From sequence record ON529857.1: 64,000 nt of DNA; one strand, written 5' to 3'. The translations under genes and the position numbers were made by a program. The notes under the pieces are model-generated. The model saw only the letters and a list, made by a program, of their open reading frames with translations. It was not told where the DNA came from and searched no databases. Below are positions 61,431 to 64,000 of this stretch, one piece after another (within the stretch, counting starts at the first letter, position 1; every line of letters starts with the position of its first letter).

Positions 61431-62258
61431 CTAACGGCGCGCCGCCAGCGCGCGGTGCATTTCCAGCGCCTGGGTGAATCGGGGAAGCGCCAAACCCGTC
61501 CCATAGGACCACAGATGATCCTGGTATCGACGCCAGCCGAACGACCCGATCTCGATGCCGGCCAGCGTCAAGTCGAACCCCTCTTCGGTCTTCTCGCTCT
61601 CCAGACCGTCCTCAGGCGCGCCCAGACGCACCGCCAAGGCGTAGGCGTCCGCCAGCATCGTCTTCCACCCGATGTCGGTGGTCGCTGTGTTGTCGTAAAG
61701 CTCGACCTTCATGAAGGTCGGGAAATGCAGCGCGTCATAGTCGTCCCCCAGACGGAAGCAGGGCGTGCAGGCGACGAACCGCCCTTTCCCCAGCTGCCTG
61801 GAAAGGTCCAGATGAAGGAAGGACTGTTCCGATGAGCCGACCAAGGCGCCCAGCCCTTCTACCTTCGCCGTGAACTCGGGCTTAGGGCAGGTGATAGCGA
61901 CGCTTTCCTCCGACACCGCCCACGGCGCCTCGACATAGCGATAGCCGGCGTCCTTATAGAAGGCGATCGCCTGGCCCAACCAGGCGTAGTCGATAGGCGG
62001 CAGGATCGGCAGATCACGATGCGTGTCCCGCACCGGGTGCTGCATCTGGGCTTCCGCCACCAACCACTCCGCCTTCGCCGCCAGTTCGGTGTTATAGAAC
62101 CACGGCTTAGGGTGGTGTTTCACCAGATCACCCAGTTTCACCGTCGGGTGAAAATAGGCGGAAAAGATCGTCGCCTTCTCCCCTTCGGTGAAGTCCAGGT
62201 CGTAAAGATAAAGCTCACGCCAGTCAGCGACGACGACCATTGCGAAACGCCCTTTCAT
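61431..62258 (-). CDS. minimal class II aminoacyl-tRNA-synthetase-like catalytic domain protein
   Basis: Motif 1-like YKDAGYRYVEAPW, LVGSSEQSF, motif 2 PCFR..HFPTFMKVEL, IEIGS, motif 3 GTGLALPR. Confidence 0.8.
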   Translation of the reverse strand: MKGRFAMVVVADWRELYLYDLDFTEGEKATIFSAYFHPTVKLGDLVKHHPKPWFYNTELAAKAEWLVAEAQMQHPVRDTHRDLPILPPIDYAWLGQAIAFYKDAGYRYVEAPWAVSEESVAITCPKPEFTAKVEGLGALVGSSEQSFLHLDLSRQLGKGRFVACTPCFRLGDDYDALHFPTFMKVELYDNTATTDIGWKTMLADAYALAVRLGAPEDGLESEKTEEGFDLTLAGIEIGSFGWRRYQDHLWSYGTGLALPRFTQALEMHRALAARR

Positions 62259-62490
62259 TGATATCCGCCATGATCTCCAGGTCTCGCATGATCAGGGTCG
62301 GATGATGGTGCGCCAGATAGGCGCGCATCGCGCCGTAGAGGTCGGCCAGCTCCACCAGGGCCATCACACGGCAGTCCTGGGCGCAGGCGTCTATGAACTC
62401 GGCGCACTCTTCAGCGATCTTGGACGGTTGACCCAATTCGCCTTTGACGATGGGGGTCAGGTGATAGCCGGGGAGGAGTTCCGTATCCAT
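62224..62490 (-). CDS. MazG-like / HisE-type NTP pyrophosphohydrolase
   Basis: KIAEECAEF...VELADLYGA. Confidence 0.75.
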   Translation of the reverse strand: MDTELLPGYHLTPIVKGELGQPSKIAEECAEFIDACAQDCRVMALVELADLYGAMRAYLAHHHPTLIMRDLEIMADINERAFRNGRRR

Positions 62491-62548
62491 ACTCCTCCCT
62501 AACCATTTCAATATCATCCGTCAATAATCCCAACGCACTTTGTTGGGA

Positions 62549-63631
62549 TTACTGGGTGACCTTCCACCCAAACTCAGCGGCGTTGACTTCCGCGATCGTC
62601 CAGTTGCCGCCGCCAGGGCGCGGCACGATGGACTGCTCGGCCCGGTAAGCCGTCGTCATATCGATCATGACCGCTCGGGGCGTGCCGTCCGCTTCCGTGC
62701 CCGACAGGCGTGCGACAGGCGCCACCTTGCGCGGCGACATGCCGGTGGTCTTCATCGTCGTCACCGCGACAACCGCATGCACCGTCGCTGACGTGGCCGT
62801 CGAATCCGCGAAGACATAGGTGTCCTTATTGCCCACCGTGTTGATCGCCGTATAGGAGGTGTTACCGTTCGGGGCGACTTCCGACACCGCCTGCCAGGGC
62901 GTCGCCGCCCCCGTCGCGGTCGACTGCGTCGTGGTGCCCGGCCCGGTCGGCCGCAGGGTCTCCATCACGATGTCGCCCAGGAAACCGTTCATCGTCGATC
63001 CCGATGAATCCAGAATCAGGAAGTCATCCAGCCGCCAGTGCGTGCTGGTGTGATACCCTACAGTATAGACTGTCTTGGCTCCCGCCGTATAAAGGTCACC
63101 CGTGAAACTGATCACGGTTTCGCCATTGACGCGGATTTCCGCCGTCGCTCCGACATCGTCAATGTTCGCGACACGCATCTCAATCCGCTTCCACTCCGTC
63201 AAGGGCAGCGGCGTGGTGGCGGTCGCCATAAGGGTGCCGGTTCGATAAAGAGAGATGCAGTTGTTCGTGTCGATCGATGCGGTGATCCACGTCTCCGTCG
63301 CCACCGCCCAGGGACCACTACCCGAAGTCGGCGCTTGAGGTCCGATATTGTAGACGCTCATCACAGGCCGTACAACAGCTGGAGTATTATCCAGGTAGAC
63401 GCTCACGCTACAGATCACAGCGTCCTGCCCCACCCCCGCCAAGGGCGTCGGAAGCATCTTGGACAACATCCCCTGGTTCGAGCTCGTGCGGTTGATGCAG
63501 GGTCCACCCAGCCTTCCACCGGTCGCAAGAATCGCCATGTAACTGGAGCTAGACGTATAGGCGTCCCAGCGGTAAGTCAGGTCCGCAATAGCGGTGACAG
63601 AATCCATAGGGTCGCTAAAAATATGAGCCAT
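62549..63631 (-). CDS. virion or tail protein with a concanavalin-like beta-sandwich
   Basis: Thr/Ser-rich; WKRIEMRV..IRVNG; LDDFLILD; follows another tail-like gene. Confidence 0.65.
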   Translation of the reverse strand: MAHIFSDPMDSVTAIADLTYRWDAYTSSSSYMAILATGGRLGGPCINRTSSNQGMLSKMLPTPLAGVGQDAVICSVSVYLDNTPAVVRPVMSVYNIGPQAPTSGSGPWAVATETWITASIDTNNCISLYRTGTLMATATTPLPLTEWKRIEMRVANIDDVGATAEIRVNGETVISFTGDLYTAGAKTVYTVGYHTSTHWRLDDFLILDSSGSTMNGFLGDIVMETLRPTGPGTTTQSTATGAATPWQAVSEVAPNGNTSYTAINTVGNKDTYVFADSTATSATVHAVVAVTTMKTTGMSPRKVAPVARLSGTEADGTPRAVMIDMTTAYRAEQSIVPRPGGGNWTIAEVNAAEFGWKVTQ

Positions 63632-63999
63632 TAAGTTGGACTCCGAATGATAGTGATGTCTTGATGTGACGTTAGGACGGAATCCGCCAATCGATACTGC
63701 ACACAACTGATGTTAAAATGTGTAACCCTGGCCGCAGCCGCAGCGCGTTGCGCGATGACGTTGACGTATTCCTGGGTCAATCGAATGGGCTGAGGATCAT
63801 CCGGGTAAGCGTGAATCACCAAAGCGCCCGGATATCCCGCAACCCCACGCGCCCCGCCATAGCCGATAGAATTTCCAGGGTAGTCTGAATCAGTAATATT
63901 GGCAGGCACCGTTGTGACATCATCGCTGGCGAACTTGGGCGGCTGATGGAACGCGTCCGAAGGGACGATGTAGGATGACCCTCCACCGCCATGCCCCGT
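63631..63999 (-). CDS. C-terminal part of a tail-type protein (partial)
   Basis: Open frame from the window edge with GHGGGGSSY and GYGGARGVAGYPGALVI Gly-rich motifs. Confidence 0.65.
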   Translation of the reverse strand, partial: TGHGGGGSSYIVPSDAFHQPPKFASDDVTTVPANITDSDYPGNSIGYGGARGVAGYPGALVIHAYPDDPQPIRLTQEYVNVIAQRAAAAARVTHFNISCVQYRLADSVLTSHQDITIIRSPT

Positions 64000-64000
64000 A

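Noticed and set aside
62523-62552. Hairpin TAATCCCAAC-N7-GTTGGGATTA as a special element
   Set aside because: It sits right at a stop codon and is most simply a terminator or processing hairpin; nothing supports more

Overview
This 64 kb window is part of a large, GC-rich dsDNA phage genome. The gene set and the alphaproteobacterial-type two-piece tmRNA point to a Caulobacter/Brevundimonas-type host and a phiCbK-like phage; this assignment is an inference. Left to right the window holds: (1) an NAD+ salvage pair (NMNAT-Nudix and NAMPT), many small accessory ORFs, DUF1643, a SLOG protein and an ATP-dependent DNA ligase; (2) a large primase-like protein and a tyrosine recombinase; (3) rIIA/rIIB and an accessory block with Pth2, an RlaP-like nucleotidyltransferase, a NADAR protein, a degenerate RNA-ligase fold and an SNF2 helicase; (4) a 5.4 kb RNA island (29.8-35.2 kb) with atypical tRNAs, a permuted tRNA-like element, a two-piece tmRNA, several unexplained structured RNAs, and a Ro60/TROVE gene preceded by six tandem Y-RNA-like units; (5) nucleotide metabolism and replication genes (dUTPase, NrdB-glutaredoxin fusion, intein-containing NrdA, ThyX, dNMP kinase, RecD-like helicase, putative SSB with a strongly skewed leader, nucleases, family A polymerase, three methyltransferases, a T5 A1-like protein); (6) a promoter- and terminator-bounded structured non-coding unit of about 580 nt containing a perfect 32-bp palindrome; (7) a lysis cassette with two endolysins and spanins, a minimal class II aaRS-like gene next to a MazG-like gene, and tail genes. 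The most striking system is the Ro60 gene with its modular Y-RNA array inside a broader RNA and translation-rescue island. All family assignments come from motif recognition by eye; no searches or folding programs were run.
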